A stretch of 27,808 nucleotides of DNA, from NCBI GenBank assembly GCA_016839765.1, contig JAEOTP010000026.1, positions 1 to 27,808 on the forward strand, read 5' to 3'. Origin of the DNA: Promethearchaeota archaeon (GTDB lineage: Archaea > Asgardarchaeota > Lokiarchaeia > Sigyniarchaeales > SOKP01). Position 1 is the stretch's first letter. Every line of letters starts with the position of its first letter. Of this stretch, positions 18,170 through 27,524 are shown piece by piece. Under the pieces are notes generated by a model. That model saw nothing but the letters and a program-made list of their open reading frames with translations. It did no database searches and was not told the origin of the DNA. Both the position numbers and the translations under genes were made by a program.

Positions 18170-18814
18170 TTATTCAGTAGATTGATGTTTATTATTTTTT
18201 TCTTTAGAGATTATAGGAGATCCACATATGGGGCAATATGATGCCTGCCTATTAATTTCAGCTCCACATTCTGAACATCTTGTTTTAAAATCAAGGGTAG
18301 TAGGAATTTTTTTTACAGCATTTTCTATGATTTCTTTCAAACTATTTTTTACTTCTTCCATCCTTTGATTTCTATCGTTTTTAGGGAATGATTGAATGTA
18401 AATGGAAGAGAGTTCGACAAGGAAATTCTCAATAAATCTTAGTTGATCTTTAAAGTTTTTATTAACTTTCACTTTGAGAATCTGTTCTCCTGCTTCTGTT
18501 AAGGAATAAACTTTTCTAATTGGACCTATTGGACTTTTTACAGGTCTAAATTTTAAAAAATTTTCCTTTTTTAATTTTGATAAAATCGGATATATTGTAC
18601 CAGATTGAGCTTCCCAAGTACCAGCGAAATGTCTATTCAAATTTAATATAAGATCATATCCAGATAATTCCTTACTATTGAAGATCGTTTCAATAATGGT
18701 AAATTCAAGGGGAGTAATTTTATTCCGTTTAATATTATTTAAAATGCCTTGTTTTATTTTATCTTTTAATTCATCCAAATCTTCTTCAAGGTTTAGGAAT
18801 TTACCAAGCCACAC
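18170..18814 (-). CDS. PadR-family transcriptional regulator with C-terminal zinc ribbon
   Basis: SGYDL, GTIYPILSKL, RKVYSLTEAG; C-terminal CSECG...CPICG; GTG start. Confidence 0.9.
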   Translation of the reverse strand: MWLGKFLNLEEDLDELKDKIKQGILNNIKRNKITPLEFTIIETIFNSKELSGYDLILNLNRHFAGTWEAQSGTIYPILSKLKKENFLKFRPVKSPIGPIRKVYSLTEAGEQILKVKVNKNFKDQLRFIENFLVELSSIYIQSFPKNDRNQRMEEVKNSLKEIIENAVKKIPTTLDFKTRCSECGAEINRQASYCPICGSPIISKEKNNKHQSTE

Positions 18815-18828
18815 TAGTTTAATACACC

Positions 18829-19341
18829 CTACTTATTCATTTTTTTTTTCATTTTCTCTAACTCTTTCTCTACAGCACGATCGGTTTTAGATTTTAATAT
18901 GCCTTCACTATCAATGGAAGGTCGACGATATAATAAATATGCTATTAAATGAATAATTAATCCTGTACCCCAGAATAATGTTGGAAATATTACCCAGTAA
19001 AAATCAGGAGTTACTAGTATGTTTATAATGAAGAGATATAAAATTACAGAAATATAAGCAACAGAATGAAAAAGCACTCCTCTCTTGGCTCCAGGGTATA
19101 TTCCCCTAGCGTAAACAAAATAAGTTGCTATATGCTCAGCAAGTCCAATTAACCATCCAAAGAATGGAAAAATTACCCAAAGAGTAGTTGGACTAAAAAA
19201 TAAATTTAAAATTAGCATTAAAGTATTAACTACAATAAATATTCCTGTATGTATTTTAATTGACATTCTAAATTGTACCTTCTTTAAAGCAATTCTGCGT
19301 AAATGTTCTTCTGAAAATCCAGCATACTTTTTTTCAACCAT
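18829..19341 (-). CDS. Membrane protein with two tandem 2TM domains
   Basis: Repeated H...(F/Y)...N....WVIFP...WxxGL..H units and terminal AVEKELEK; start moved to ATG 19341 because the GTG at 19353 lies inside the AGGTGA SD. Confidence 0.82.
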   Translation of the reverse strand: MVEKKYAGFSEEHLRRIALKKVQFRMSIKIHTGIFIVVNTLMLILNLFFSPTTLWVIFPFFGWLIGLAEHIATYFVYARGIYPGAKRGVLFHSVAYISVILYLFIINILVTPDFYWVIFPTLFWGTGLIIHLIAYLLYRRPSIDSEGILKSKTDRAVEKELEKMKKKMNK

Positions 19342-19565
19342 ATTGATTATCACCTTACATTTTTATTTTAAAATATAAAGGATACTATTGAATTATTTAA
19401 AATTTATATATTGTTTATTCTATATAAATGTTGTTGATTCTACATAGTGAAAAAGTTTAAAAAAATCTTTACAATAAGATTAAAAGTATCAAAATTATTA
19501 ATAGTAGGATAAAGTTTTAATATTTCAATTTATAAAAGTAAATCAACCACTAAGAATTTAATGCT

Positions 19566-20213
19566 ATGTCTTTTCTTTCCGAATATATTGAAAAACTTGA
19601 GGATTGGGACCATAGAGTCTTCCTTAGTTTTTATAATAGTGATTTTAGTAAACGAACTAAAATTTTCGCTGAAATATACTCCTTCTTTGGTAGTTTTTAT
19701 TTTTGGGGAGGGCTCTGGTTGGCATGGTTTATCTATGCATATATCACAAAGGATTATTATTTGCTCGTGATTTTCACTAGCGGATTCGAACAAAGTGTAA
19801 TAATTCATAGCCTTATTAGATATCGCTTAATAAGAAGAAAACGCCCTTATATTACTTTAGAAAGCAAAGGGGTAAAAAAACATGACGATTTTATAAGGAT
19901 CCCCTACCTAATGTCAGAATCTGAACAAAAATCTTTTCCAAGTGGTCACGTTACATTTTTACTTTTTTTTGGAATAATCTTTGCTTGGTATTTTAATAAT
20001 ATTTATATATTCATTATATTCTTTGGTTTAGATATTGTAATGGCTATTTCTCGGCTTATTTTAGGAGTTCATTTTCCAATTGATGTAATTTTTGGATTCA
20101 TTTTTGCATTTATATACGCTTTCTTATATCTTGGATTTACATATCAATTATGGATCGCTTTTTATTACTGGATTGGGCCAATTTTTTCTGATTTCATCCA
20201 TTTCTGGAGATAG
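19566..20213 (+). CDS. PAP2-family membrane phosphatase
   Basis: R.RP, SFPSGH, SRLILGVHFPIDV. Confidence 0.9.
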   Translation: MSFLSEYIEKLEDWDHRVFLSFYNSDFSKRTKIFAEIYSFFGSFYFWGGLWLAWFIYAYITKDYYLLVIFTSGFEQSVIIHSLIRYRLIRRKRPYITLESKGVKKHDDFIRIPYLMSESEQKSFPSGHVTFLLFFGIIFAWYFNNIYIFIIFFGLDIVMAISRLILGVHFPIDVIFGFIFAFIYAFLYLGFTYQLWIAFYYWIGPIFSDFIHFWR

Positions 20214-20510
20214 GCACGTTTCTTAAGGAATAAGTAGAATTTCTTATTTTTGATTACAGTTAAAAGTAAGTTTTAAATTTTTTTAGTCCTTTTCAGTGGT
20301 TATGGTAACTGAGACTTTTAAGTAAAAGTAATAATAATAAAATTTAAAAAAATCTCCATTATTCTACTTCTCCTCTTCTTTTGCTCTAAAAAAACTTTCA
20401 TTGTTCAATCAATAATATCAATTTGAAACTAATTTAAAGAATTAAAAATTTCTTTTATTTAAATTAATTTTTTTGCTTTAAATTAATATTAATTTGAGTA
20501 GATATTTCGT

Positions 20511-21218
20511 ATGAATGAGAATCAGATTAATAATGAAGAAATTAGTTCAAAACTCTCTTGTCATAAGTGTAATAGTTTGAACTATTGTACAATTGGACGT
20601 CCAAATAAGAAAATTGGAAATTGCCCAATGATAATTAATTCTGAAATTCAAAAAGAAGCAAAAGCCTTGTATGATGCAGATGATTTTATAAAAATCTCCA
20701 CCGCTGTTGCATCAATTGTGGAAGCAAAGGGGTATATTCATTGGCCTCGATTAAAAGATACTATTGAATATGCTAAAGGAATGGGATATCAAAAATTAGG
20801 TTTAGCCTTTTGTATAGGCTTACGAAAAGAAGCTGAAAAAATTGCAGAAATATTAGAAAAATATGGATTTGAAATATTTTCTGTTTGTTGTAAAACTGGA
20901 GGTATTAAAAAAACAGAAGTAGGTGTACCAAAAGAATATACAATGAACTCCATAACTGGATATGTAATAGGGTGGATAACTTGCAATCCAGTAGCTCAAG
21001 CTTTGTTATTAAATAAATACAAAACAGATATGAATGTTATAATTGGTCTTTGTGTTGGACATGATATTACATTTACTCATCTATCCAAAGCACCAGTTAC
21101 TACTTTAATTGCAAAAGAAAGATTTGCCCCCCATAATCCCGCATCGGTGCTATTCTCTCATTATGGACAAGCTTTCTTTAATTTAGATCTCGAAAAAATG
21201 AAAAAAGAAATACAATAA
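20511..21218 (+). CDS. DUF1847 family Cys-rich metal-binding protein
   Basis: CHKC...C..CP, PRL..T, KLGLAFCIGL, SVCCKTGG, CNPVAQA, GLCVGHD, PVTTLIAK. Confidence 0.85.
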   Translation: MNENQINNEEISSKLSCHKCNSLNYCTIGRPNKKIGNCPMIINSEIQKEAKALYDADDFIKISTAVASIVEAKGYIHWPRLKDTIEYAKGMGYQKLGLAFCIGLRKEAEKIAEILEKYGFEIFSVCCKTGGIKKTEVGVPKEYTMNSITGYVIGWITCNPVAQALLLNKYKTDMNVIIGLCVGHDITFTHLSKAPVTTLIAKERFAPHNPASVLFSHYGQAFFNLDLEKMKKEIQ

Positions 21219-21266
21219 AAAGGGAATAAAAATAAATAAAGTATTCAACCTATTAAACGAAAAGTA

Positions 21267-21800
21267 TTAATACCAATCAATAAATTCATCTATGGTTCTT
21301 CTTTCTCTCTCTTTTTTACTTTTTCCTTCCATTGCTTCATCAATTATACCGAAAGTAATAATACACATGAGTTCATATTTTTCTGTTGGAAGTTTGAAAA
21401 TCTCGTTTATTTTTTCCTTATTTTTTAAGATTTCACCTATCCATACTCCTCCTAATCCTTTTGCATGGATTCCTAAAAGAATATTCTGGATAAAAGCACC
21501 CATGGCTTGAAGATCTTTTGTTCTATCATAACTCCGATCGAGATCTAAAAATATTATAAGATTAACATAAGCACTTTCAATAATACCCCCATATTCAGAC
21601 TGCTCAGCAATCATTCTTTTAACAGTTGGATGGGCTACAATACAGACTTTCCAAGGTTGGCTATTTTGACCGGATGGTGCCCATCTACCACATTCTAATA
21701 TCTCTTTTATTGTTTCATTGTCAATCTTTTGATAGATAAAATTTCTAACACTTCGTCGGGACTTTATAAGATCTATTAATTCCAAAGTTTTTGATTCCAT
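21267..21800 (-). CDS. Nitroreductase family protein
   Basis: IKSRRSVRNF, WAPSGQNSQPW, QNILL..HAKGLGGVWIG. Confidence 0.92.
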   Translation of the reverse strand: MESKTLELIDLIKSRRSVRNFIYQKIDNETIKEILECGRWAPSGQNSQPWKVCIVAHPTVKRMIAEQSEYGGIIESAYVNLIIFLDLDRSYDRTKDLQAMGAFIQNILLGIHAKGLGGVWIGEILKNKEKINEIFKLPTEKYELMCIITFGIIDEAMEGKSKKERERRTIDEFIDWY

Positions 21801-21904
21801 AATTTAAAAATAGGGCATTGAAATAATTTATATTTTTCTTAAAATTCCACGCTGCTATAAAATAATTGAAAAAAGATTTTATTACTTTAACTATTGAATA
21901 ATTT

Positions 21905-23578
21905 ATGAGTGGGGATAATTTAAAGTGGTGGCAAAAAACAGTTGTTTATCAAATTTACCCTAGAAGTTTTAAAGATACTACTGGTAATGGAATAGGAGAT
22001 CTAAGAGGAGTATTTGAAAATCTTAATTATTTAGAAGGGCTAGGAGTCGAAACGATTTGGTTTAATCCGTTTTTTAACTCTCCTCAAGGAGACCATGGTT
22101 ACGATGTTTCTGATTTTCGATCCGTAGATCCTGTTTATGGTACAATGAGAGATTTTGATGAACTTCTCAATGAAATACATAACAGAAATATGAAAATCGT
22201 TTTAGATTTAGTGCTTAATCATACTTCTGATGAACATCCATGGTTTAAAGAATCAGTTTCCAGTAGAGAAAATTCTAAAAGAGATTGGTATATCTGGAGA
22301 GACGGTAAAAAAACTAGCGGAAGAAAACCACCAAATAATTGGAAAGCTATACCAGGTGGCTCAGCATGGAGATATTTTAAAAATACGGATCAATGGGTTT
22401 ATTTTCACTTTTTACCTTTTCAACCTGATTTAAATTATAGAACCCCAGAAGTTAAAAAAGAAATGTTTAATACGATAAGGTTTTGGTTAGAGAAGGGAGT
22501 TGATGGGTTTCGTTTAGATATGTTGCATTCTATCCATGAAGACGCCAAATTGAGAAATGATGAATTCTGCTTAAAATTACTTCCATCAGAAAAAAATGTA
22601 GCCTCTTTATTTCGAAAACATAAATATGATTTAAATCTTCCTGAAACATTTGATTTTGCCATGGAATTGCGAAAAGTAATGGATGAATATGAACCAGAAA
22701 GATTCCTAGTAGGAGAAGTATTCGGAACTGTTGAAGAATTAGCAAAATACTATGGTCCGAATAATAATGGGTTGCATTCAGTTTTTTTATTCGAATTTAC
22801 CTCAACAGCACCCTCATTTAAACCAAGGAAGATTTCTAGAGTGATTTCACGAATAGAGAAAGCATTACCGCCCCCTTTTACACCCACGTATGTTTACGGG
22901 AATCATGATAGAGATAGATACATTTCTCTCATAAACAGAAATATTCAAAAAGCTAAATTATTAGCTACTATGCAATTAACCTTAAGGGGAATCCCATTTA
23001 TCTATTACGGAGAAGAAATTGGTATGTCAAACGTCGACTTTAAATTAAAAGAAAGTCAAGATCCAATTGGTCAGAAATTTTCATTTTTCCCTATTCCTTT
23101 AATAAGCAAATTAATTGGTTTTTCTTTAACTCGTGATCGATGCCGGACACCTATGCAATGGAATTCGGAACTGAATGCAGGTTTCTCAGTAGATTATCAG
23201 ATTAAACCATGGCTTAAAGTTCCAGAAACATATAAGAAAATAAATGTGGCAAAACAAGAAAAGAATCCTAGCTCAGTATTAAATTGCTATAAAAGATTAC
23301 TAAAAACACGTAAAGCAAATAGATCATTACAAGAAGGTAAATTTGAATTTTTAACACAAAATGGATTAAAAAAGAAATGTTTAGCATATCGTCGATACTA
23401 TTTTAATGAGCAAATTTTTGTGTTTTTAAATTTTTATAAAAAAGAGATATTAATTAAAAGTCCTATAAATGACCCAAACTTATTATTTTCCACCTTATCT
23501 AACAGAGTTGCATTAGATTTAGAAACCTATAATGGAAATATTAAATTAACTCCTTTAGAGGGAATAATCTTTAAATAA
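21905..23578 (+). CDS. GH13 alpha-glucosidase/oligo-1,6-glucosidase-type glycosidase
   Basis: YQIYPRSF, GIGDL, HGYD, DLVLNHTSDEHPWF, QPDLN, DGFRLD, VGE, GNHD, YYGEEIGM, RDRCRTPMQW. Confidence 0.93.
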   Translation: MSGDNLKWWQKTVVYQIYPRSFKDTTGNGIGDLRGVFENLNYLEGLGVETIWFNPFFNSPQGDHGYDVSDFRSVDPVYGTMRDFDELLNEIHNRNMKIVLDLVLNHTSDEHPWFKESVSSRENSKRDWYIWRDGKKTSGRKPPNNWKAIPGGSAWRYFKNTDQWVYFHFLPFQPDLNYRTPEVKKEMFNTIRFWLEKGVDGFRLDMLHSIHEDAKLRNDEFCLKLLPSEKNVASLFRKHKYDLNLPETFDFAMELRKVMDEYEPERFLVGEVFGTVEELAKYYGPNNNGLHSVFLFEFTSTAPSFKPRKISRVISRIEKALPPPFTPTYVYGNHDRDRYISLINRNIQKAKLLATMQLTLRGIPFIYYGEEIGMSNVDFKLKESQDPIGQKFSFFPIPLISKLIGFSLTRDRCRTPMQWNSELNAGFSVDYQIKPWLKVPETYKKINVAKQEKNPSSVLNCYKRLLKTRKANRSLQEGKFEFLTQNGLKKKCLAYRRYYFNEQIFVFLNFYKKEILIKSPINDPNLLFSTLSNRVALDLETYNGNIKLTPLEGIIFK

Positions 23579-23599
23579 ATAAAAAAGGAAAAAAATAAT

Positions 23600-24130
23600 T
23601 TATTCTTCTTTAGGTTGTAAATCTTTAGCGCTGTCTTCAATAGAATCATAATATTCAATATCCATTAATCCACCCTTAATATTTTCTGCCCAATGAACTT
23701 TTATGGGCATACCAATGTATGTATCTTTAAATTCAATATCAGGATCCAATTGCGCTGGGTATGAAGTATCCGCCCCATCTAATTGCGCACACACAATAGG
23801 TCGTTCTAGAACTTCACCGGTTTCAGGATCTTTTAAATAAGTTACGGTGAACGAGGCTACTCTCCCAGTTTCACGCAAATCAATCCACCTATCAGGTTTG
23901 ACAAGGCATTTACCACAAATTTGTCGTGGTGGAAAATAAATTCTATTACAACTTGAACATTGCAACCCAACTAACTTCTTCTGCTTTAATTTATCAAGAA
24001 ATGGTTTCATGTGAGTAATATTAAATTTAAATTTATAACTGGATAAATACCAACTTGCTGGTATGGTCCTTGTTCTAGGATATTCCTTTTTAATATAACC
24101 CATTGATTTTCTTAACGTTCTTTTAGACAA
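23600..24130 (-). CDS. DUF35 (zinc ribbon + OB-fold) protein B
   Basis: CSSC...FPP..IC.KC, G.V.SFT, QLDGADT, IGM.IKV.W; TTG start 8 nt after GGAGGT. Confidence 0.9.
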   Translation of the reverse strand: MSKRTLRKSMGYIKKEYPRTRTIPASWYLSSYKFKFNITHMKPFLDKLKQKKLVGLQCSSCNRIYFPPRQICGKCLVKPDRWIDLRETGRVASFTVTYLKDPETGEVLERPIVCAQLDGADTSYPAQLDPDIEFKDTYIGMPIKVHWAENIKGGLMDIEYYDSIEDSAKDLQPKEE

Positions 24131-24152
24131 TTTATATTACCTCCATTTTTTA

Positions 24153-25397
24153 CTAATATTTTCTAACTGGTTCATCAGCCATAACCATCATTGTAACTAA
24201 ATTAACGTAACCCCCCCATCCATGTCCCAGTGACGTATGTACTGTTTTAGGAACTTGATTACTAGCCTTCCCCATGATTTGTAAAGCTGCTACAGCAGGT
24301 CTTTCTAATGCTGAGGCTCCTATCGCATTTGTAGAATTAACTCCACCAGAACAGTTGATGGGTAATTCGCCATTTAGAGCGGTTACTCCAGTTTCATACA
24401 TTTTTGTTGCTGTATTTTCTTCAAATAGACCTAATTTTTCAACCCACATAAGTTCTTGGTTAGGAAATGGTGAATAAACTTCAGCATAATCAATTTCTTT
24501 TCTCGGAAAATGAATACCTGCTTGATTAAAAGCTATTTCAGAGGTTTTTTGAGCGCCCAGTTGTTCAGAAAGGTCTAATTGCCCCGATCCACTACCTCCA
24601 TATCCAATTAGAGCAGTCTCATTTGCTATACTGCCTACTCCATTTACAAAAACGGGAATATCACAGATATCTTTCGCTTTTTCCTCTGTTGTAAATAGCA
24701 TTGCACATGCTCCATCAGATGCTGGACAAACCATTCCATATCTTAAAGGATATGAAATATAGGGAGTATCTAAGACTTCCTCAATTGTAAGATCAGGCAT
24801 TTTAAGATGAGCCCACCATGTTTTTGCGGCATTATGTCTATTTTGAACAACAACTCTAGCTAAATCTTCTTCTGTAATTTTACTTTTACGCATATAATTA
24901 GTAGCCTGATAAGAAGCAATTCCTATAGCAGCACCACCAGATAAAAGGAGTGTTAATTGATCGTAAGGAATGCCTAGTGAGTTCATTACTGATATTTCTC
25001 CATAAGCTACACTAGCAAGCCCAACACTTGTATCTCCTTGAGATTGCTGTTCAAAAGCGATAGCTAACACATTATCAACACCAGGTAAACCAGCAGCAAC
25101 GGAATAATATCCAGCAATAGCTACCGAACCACCTGTAGTACCTCCTGTTGTGACTCGCATTAAAGGCTTATTTCTGGCACCCATCCAATCAGTCATCCAT
25201 AGTTCAGGAATATTTGATCCTTCAAACGCAGGCATATTTCCATTTACAAAAGCATCAATATCTTTAATATCAAGACTTGGAACTCTTTTTAGACAATCTA
25301 CTATTGCTTCATTCACTAGTTCCGGCATGTTTACATCTGAACGCTTCGAAGCATGCTCACTAAAACCTGCACTTGCAACACATACTTGTCTTCCCAT
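24153..25397 (-). CDS. Thiolase-fold protein, Ltp3-like (SCP-x type, no nucleophilic Cys)
   Basis: KRSDVNMPELV.EAI, FEG..IPELWMTD.MGA..KPLMRV.TGG..GGS, AHL..PDLT.E.V, CP.SDGACA, AEVYSPF, SGGV.STNAIGAS, LGHGWGG. Confidence 0.85.
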   Translation of the reverse strand: MGRQVCVASAGFSEHASKRSDVNMPELVNEAIVDCLKRVPSLDIKDIDAFVNGNMPAFEGSNIPELWMTDWMGARNKPLMRVTTGGTTGGSVAIAGYYSVAAGLPGVDNVLAIAFEQQSQGDTSVGLASVAYGEISVMNSLGIPYDQLTLLLSGGAAIGIASYQATNYMRKSKITEEDLARVVVQNRHNAAKTWWAHLKMPDLTIEEVLDTPYISYPLRYGMVCPASDGACAMLFTTEEKAKDICDIPVFVNGVGSIANETALIGYGGSGSGQLDLSEQLGAQKTSEIAFNQAGIHFPRKEIDYAEVYSPFPNQELMWVEKLGLFEENTATKMYETGVTALNGELPINCSGGVNSTNAIGASALERPAVAALQIMGKASNQVPKTVHTSLGHGWGGYVNLVTMMVMADEPVRKY

Positions 25398-25399
25398 TT

Positions 25400-26542
25400 T
25401 TAATTACCTCCTTCTAATACATATAATATATTATTTTGGGCACATAATCCTATTTGACCGGAGGCAATAGCTTTTTCGGCACCTTTAACTTGATAACCAT
25501 TTGCCTCCCCTCTTAGTTGTTTAACAGCCTCAATAATTCTTATTAAACCAGTTGCACAAGGTGGATTCCCCCCCAGAGCTCCTCCAGAAGGATTAATGGG
25601 CATATCACCACCAATTTCAGAGCTTAAACTTGCTCCTTTACCTTTTTCGGTAAATCCTATAGCTTCGCTAAGAATTAATTCTTCATGAGCATAGGCTTCA
25701 AATAACTCAGCCACATCAATTTCACTCAAAGGATTTTTAACTCCAGCAGCATTAAATGCCATTTTACTTGCTAATTCCATGGATTTACTAGAGGATAAAT
25801 CCCTTTCTCCAAGGTAATAGGTTTCTTGATTATAACCCACACCTATAACCCAAACTGGATTATCTGTGATCTTTAGTGCTTGTTTTTCTGGTGCTAATAA
25901 TAAAGCAGCTACACCATCACAGGGTTGAGCTACCATTAGTTCTGTCACTGGATCTGCATAAATCTCAGATTCTAAAACATCTTTAACTGTTAAGTTTGGA
26001 TTTTGAGCTTCTACTAATGCTAATTGGTTTTTTGCAGCGTTTTTTCTATTTTTAACAGCGATTTTAGCAATATCTTCAGCACTTACTCCAAATTTTTCCA
26101 TATAAGCTCTCATCTGAAAGCCAGCAGAAGTTATATCATTTACATAAGCTAGTGGACGCTCCCATATGGGATCTGTCTCATATAATCGAGCAGTATGGTA
26201 TGGAAAAGATGATGCCATACTCCCTCCCCACACAACTGCTAACTTATGATTACCAGATAAAATTCGCATTAATCCATATAATACGGCGTGAGCACCATCC
26301 ATTTCAACTTTAGATTCATCTGCTAAGTATCCCCCTCCAGGTTCTACAGTTAGTGCATTTGAGATCGTTCGACCATCATAATAATCATTAGTAGCCGAGA
26401 CTACAGTCGTTATATCTTTCTTTTTCAGTCCTGCACTATCTAGAGCACCTCGTACGGCCTCAAAGATCATCTCATATCTTCCATAATTAGCATCTGAGTA
26501 TAATTTTACTTGATTATATCCAACAATTCCAACTTTTTCCAT
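25400..26542 (-). CDS. Thiolase-fold protein, Ltp4-like (no nucleophilic Cys)
   Basis: DYYDGRTIS, ESKVEMDGA.A, DGVAALLLA, INPSGGALGGNP..ATGLIRI; start placed at ATG 26542 after GGGGTG SD rather than GTG 26554. Confidence 0.82.
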   Translation of the reverse strand: MEKVGIVGYNQVKLYSDANYGRYEMIFEAVRGALDSAGLKKKDITTVVSATNDYYDGRTISNALTVEPGGGYLADESKVEMDGAHAVLYGLMRILSGNHKLAVVWGGSMASSFPYHTARLYETDPIWERPLAYVNDITSAGFQMRAYMEKFGVSAEDIAKIAVKNRKNAAKNQLALVEAQNPNLTVKDVLESEIYADPVTELMVAQPCDGVAALLLAPEKQALKITDNPVWVIGVGYNQETYYLGERDLSSSKSMELASKMAFNAAGVKNPLSEIDVAELFEAYAHEELILSEAIGFTEKGKGASLSSEIGGDMPINPSGGALGGNPPCATGLIRIIEAVKQLRGEANGYQVKGAEKAIASGQIGLCAQNNILYVLEGGN

Positions 26543-26558
26543 TTTTACTTTCACCCCA

Positions 26559-27020
26559 TTAAATTTTCATGAAACCCCTAATATCCGAAGGATCCCCTTT
26601 TGTATTTTCTTCCCATTCAACCTTTAATTTCATCCCTAACTTGATGTTATCAGGCTCGAGATTCAATAATCTATAGATCAGAGCAGTATTACTCCCATCA
26701 ATCTGTATCATCCCAATTGTTTGAGGTTTTTTCACTTTCCTAAAAGCTCTATCATTTACTTTATATGGTGTTATTGTATAATTTATTAATATTCCAGTTT
26801 CAGGTAAATCAACCCAATTCTCTTCAAGAGGAATGACTTCATTACATTTTCCACATATTTTTCTTGGAGGTACAAACACATCACCACATTTCGGGCATGT
26901 ATTTCCAACAATTTTCTTATTTTCGAGATTATCATAAAATTTATCAAGATATCGACCCACCCAAAAATTAAAATCTGCCCGAATTAAACCCTTGTTTGCA
27001 ACAATAACTTTTTCGTTCAT
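26559..27020 (-). CDS. DUF35 (zinc ribbon + OB-fold) protein A
   Basis: CPKCG.VFVPPR..CGKC, G....YT, IQIDGSNT, LGMKLKVEW. Confidence 0.9.
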   Translation of the reverse strand: MNEKVIVANKGLIRADFNFWVGRYLDKFYDNLENKKIVGNTCPKCGDVFVPPRKICGKCNEVIPLEENWVDLPETGILINYTITPYKVNDRAFRKVKKPQTIGMIQIDGSNTALIYRLLNLEPDNIKLGMKLKVEWEENTKGDPSDIRGFMKI

Positions 27021-27524
27021 AATTTCTTTTCCAATATTTCTTTTATGATTTTATTATGATTAGTAGTATAAATAAATTCTCAAGTTTAAAATTGTACTTA
27101 TGTAGAATATAATTCTATTTTTCTGGGTTATCAATAAATTCAAGATAATTATTTCACAAATTATATAATTATAATGAAATTCTTCTCTTGAATTAAGGTT
27201 TTAATAAATTCAAATAAAAAAATTAGAAAAGTTTTAAGTTCAAATTAAGAAAATTATATTATTAATAGTGAGCTACTTAAGTTGGGTGTTATCTACATAT
27301 TACACTGTTTAAAGTGGATTATTTTACATTATATCTCTAAATTAAGTTGTATTGATAAAAGAAGAATCTATCTTAAAATTGCAATAATATTGAATCTTGT
27401 ATTTTCTGCATAACACATCTATATTTGAGAAGCTATCATCACAATAACTTATTAATTTAAATATAAGATTATATACATTTCTACCGTAATTATCATAGAA
27501 GTCAAATTGGAAGTGATCTCTAAA

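Noticed and set aside
20318-20401. Minus-strand 27-codon ORF MKVFLEQKKRRSRIMEIFLNFIIITFT and a nearby weak hairpin (about 20285-20316)
   Set aside because: Too short and low-complexity; no homology or structure I can support
2544-25470. Short ORFs in the track overlapping larger genes (2544, 2836, 3646, 7942, 9416, 11082, 14101, 16884, 18678, 19530, 19561, 20789, 21292, 22230, 22435, 22530, 24274, 25150)
   Set aside because: Antisense or alternate-frame shadows of well-supported genes with no recognisable motifs
24153-26542. Annotation as ordinary acetyl-CoA acetyltransferases of the mevalonate thiolase/HMG-CoA synthase/DUF35 complex
   Set aside because: Nucleophilic Cys and catalytic His are absent and there is no adjacent HMG-CoA synthase
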